This document shows positions 61,413-64,000 of a stretch of DNA of 64,000 nucleotides, piece by piece. Location of the stretch: NCBI GenBank assembly GCA_032718475.1, contig JAUCBJ010009082.1, forward strand, positions 36,815 through 100,814. The letters run 5' to 3'. How positions within the stretch are numbered: position 1 is the stretch's first letter; the number at the start of each line of letters is the position of its first letter. The DNA is from Nemertoderma westbladi. Taxonomy: Eukaryota > Animalia > Xenacoelomorpha. Position numbers and translations under genes: made by a program. Under the pieces are notes generated by a model. That model saw only the letters and a program-made list of their open reading frames with translations, did not search any database and was not told where the DNA came from.

Positions 61413-63332
61413 GAGTGTATGTACGTTAGCGTGGTCCTTAATTAGCGTGTATGTACGTTAGCGTGGTCCTTAATTAGCGTGTATGTACGTTAGCGTGGTC
61501 CTTAATTAGCGTGGTCCTTAATTAGCGTGTATGTACGTTAGCGTGGTCCTCAATTAGCGTGTATGTACGTTAGCGTGGTCCTTAATTAGCGTGTATGTAC
61601 GTTAGCGTGGTCCTTAATTAGAGTGTATGTACGTTAGCGTGGTCCTTAATTAGCGTGTATGTACGTTAGCGTGGTCTTTAATTAGCGTGTATGTACCTTA
61701 GCGTGGTCCTTAATTAGCGTGTATGTACGTTAGCGTGGTCCTTAATTAGCGTGTATGTACGTTAGCGTGGTCCTTAATTAGCGTGTATGTACGTTAGCGT
61801 GGTCCTTAATTAGCGTGGTCCTTAATTAGCGTGTATGTACGTTAGCGTGGTCCTCAATTAGCGTGTATGTACCTTAGCGTGGTCCTTAATTAGCGTGGTC
61901 CTTAATTAGCGTGTATGTACGTTAGCGTGGTCCTTAATTAGCGTGTACGTACGTTAGCGTGGTCATTAATTAGCGTGTATGTACGTTAGCGTGGTCCTTA
62001 ATTAGCGTGTATGTACGTTAGCGAGGTCCTTAATTAGCGTGTATGTACGTTAGCGCGGTCCTTAATTAGCGTGTATGTACGTTAGCGTGGTTCTTAATTA
62101 GCGTGTATGTACGTTAGCGTGGTCCTTCATTAGCGTGTATGTACGTTAGCGTGGTCCTTAATTAGCGTGTACGTACGTTAGCGTGGTCCTTAATTAGCGT
62201 GTACGTACGTTAGCGTGGTCCTTAATTAGCGTGTACGTACGTTAGCGTGGTCCTTAATTAGCGTGTATGTACGTTAGCGTGGTCCTTAATTAGCGTGTAC
62301 GTACGTTAGCGTGGTCATTAATTAGCGTGTATGTACGTTAGCGTGGTCCTTAATTAGCGTGTATGTACGTTAGCGAGGTCCTTAATTAGCGTGTATGTAC
62401 GTTAGAGCGGTCCTTAATTAGCGTGTATGTACGTTAGCGTGGTTCTTAATTAGCGTGTATGTACGTTAGCGTGGTCCTTCATTAGCGTGTATGTACGTTA
62501 GCGTGGTCCTTAATTAGCGTGTACGTACGTTAGCGTGGTCCTTAATTAGCGTGTACGTACGTTAGCGTGGTCCTTAATTAGCGTGTACGTACGTTAGCGT
62601 GGTCCTTAATTAGCGTGTATGTACGTTAGCGTGGTCCTTAATTAGCGTGTATGTACGTTAGCGTGGTCCTTAATTAGCGTGTATGTACGTTAGCGTGGTC
62701 CTTAATTAGCGTGTACGTACGTTAGCGTGGTCCTTAATTAGCGTGTATGTACGTTAGCGAGGTCCTTAATTAGCGTGTATGTACGTTAGCGTGGTCCTTA
62801 ATTAGCGTGTATGTACGTTAGCGTGGTCCTTAATTAGCGTTTAAGTACGTTAGCGTGGTCCTTAATTAGCGTGTATGTACGTTAGCGTGGTCCTTACTTA
62901 GCGTGTATGTACGTTAGCGTGGTCCTTAATTAGCGTATATGTATGTTAGCGTGGTCCTTAATTAGCGTGTATGTACGTTAGCGTGGTCCTTAATTAGCGT
63001 GTATGTACGTTAGCGTGGTCCTTAATTAGCGTGTATGTACGTTAGCGTGGTCCTTAATTAGCGTGTATGTACGTTAGCGTGGTCCTTAATTAGCGTGTAT
63101 GTACGTTAGCGTGGTCCTTAATTAGCGTGTATGTACGTTAGAGTGGTCATTAATTAGCGTGTATGTACCTTAGCGTGGTCCTTAATTAGCGTGTACGTAC
63201 GTTAGCGTGGTCCTTAATTAGCGTATACGTACGTTAGCGAGGTCCTTAATTAGCGTATACGTACGTTAGCGTGGTCCTTAATTAGCGTGGTCCTTAATTA
63301 GCGTGTATGTACGTTAGCGTGGTCCTTAATTA
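61413..63332. repeat. 32-bp minisatellite (two 16-bp halves sharing TTAGCGTG), ~60 copies, intronic
   Basis: GCGTGTATGTACGTTAGCGTGGTCCTTAATTA tandem; occasional lone 16-bp half units. Confidence 0.97.
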
Positions 63333-63715
63333 TTTTTTTGAGAATATCAATGTTTTCCACTGCATCGCACAAAAATGTGTTTTGAAGATGATATTTTTGA
63401 GTTGTGGCGAAGTTGGAATAGTAGTTCTAATTGCCGAAACTATCCTCATTCGCGATTCATCAGTTAAATAAAAGTAACCTAAAAATATTTTTGTTTCATA
63501 AAAAAATCCACAAATTAAAAATCGATGTGAATTAACCAAAAACTATTTAATTAAATATTTGAAACGCCAATATCACAGTAAAATTATCTGTGAACCATTT
63601 TCGTATATCGTACGTGTTATTATTGCTTAAATAAGTCAATTTTTAAATGCCTTTCGAATTTGTAATTCAAGTAAAAATAAATCTTATGAAAAACAAGTAC
63701 TATCTACCAACTGAC

Positions 63716-63817
63716 CTTCAGTTACCACACGTTTCGAATTCGAACCAATTGCATCCAAGTTTCCAGTAATAGATGAACCATTAGATATAATGGGTGGCGG
63801 GGGTGGTGGAACAAAAC
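63716..63817 (-). CDS. Internal coding exon (102 bp, phase 1-1): (G)FVPPPPPPIISNGSSITGNLDAIGSNSKRVVTE
   Basis: Acceptor ATTTTGTAG|GTTTT and donor GAAG|GTCAGT on the minus strand. Joins in frame with exon 61378-61172. Confidence 0.65.
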
Positions 63818-64000
63818 CTACAAAATAATTCAGAACTATAATGGTCTGTCAGACCGCTTGGCTTCCTACTGAGTATATCAGTAATTATAGTTTACGTCGT
63901 CTTTCCTCCAACAATAATAAGTGATCAGATACTACGTAATTATAGTATAATATGCAGCGTAGCAGTACGTAGGAGGGTCTATCCGAAAACGTAGACCAAC

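Overview
AT-rich eukaryotic (probably invertebrate animal) genomic DNA dominated by repeats. A minus-strand host gene appears to span most of the window. It has two small Pro-rich exons (63716-63817, 61172-61378) and a ~4.1 kb low-complexity terminal exon (10536-14647), all phase-1 compatible, implying a ~46.5 kb intron. That interval holds three kinds of content: (i) several MITE/HINE-like non-autonomous elements; (ii) a ~9.9 kb TIR-bounded unit (19941-29857) containing a decayed CRE-type non-LTR retrotransposon with an N-terminal Ulp1 (C48) protease, plus an inverted 57/59-bp satellite matching the unit's own subterminal repeats; (iii) an RTE-type LINE with a 54-bp target-site duplication, split by a 16 kb BEL/Pao LTR retrotransposon. 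The BEL/Pao element has a 5-bp TSD, very long LTRs, a 5' LTR lacking the putative promoter segment, and an extra 3' ORF. Six tandem arrays (34, 57/59, 21, 29, 15, 32 bp units) are present. TA-flanked words resembling DNA-transposon excision footprints are conspicuous. All calls are by eye from the sequence; no database searches were run.
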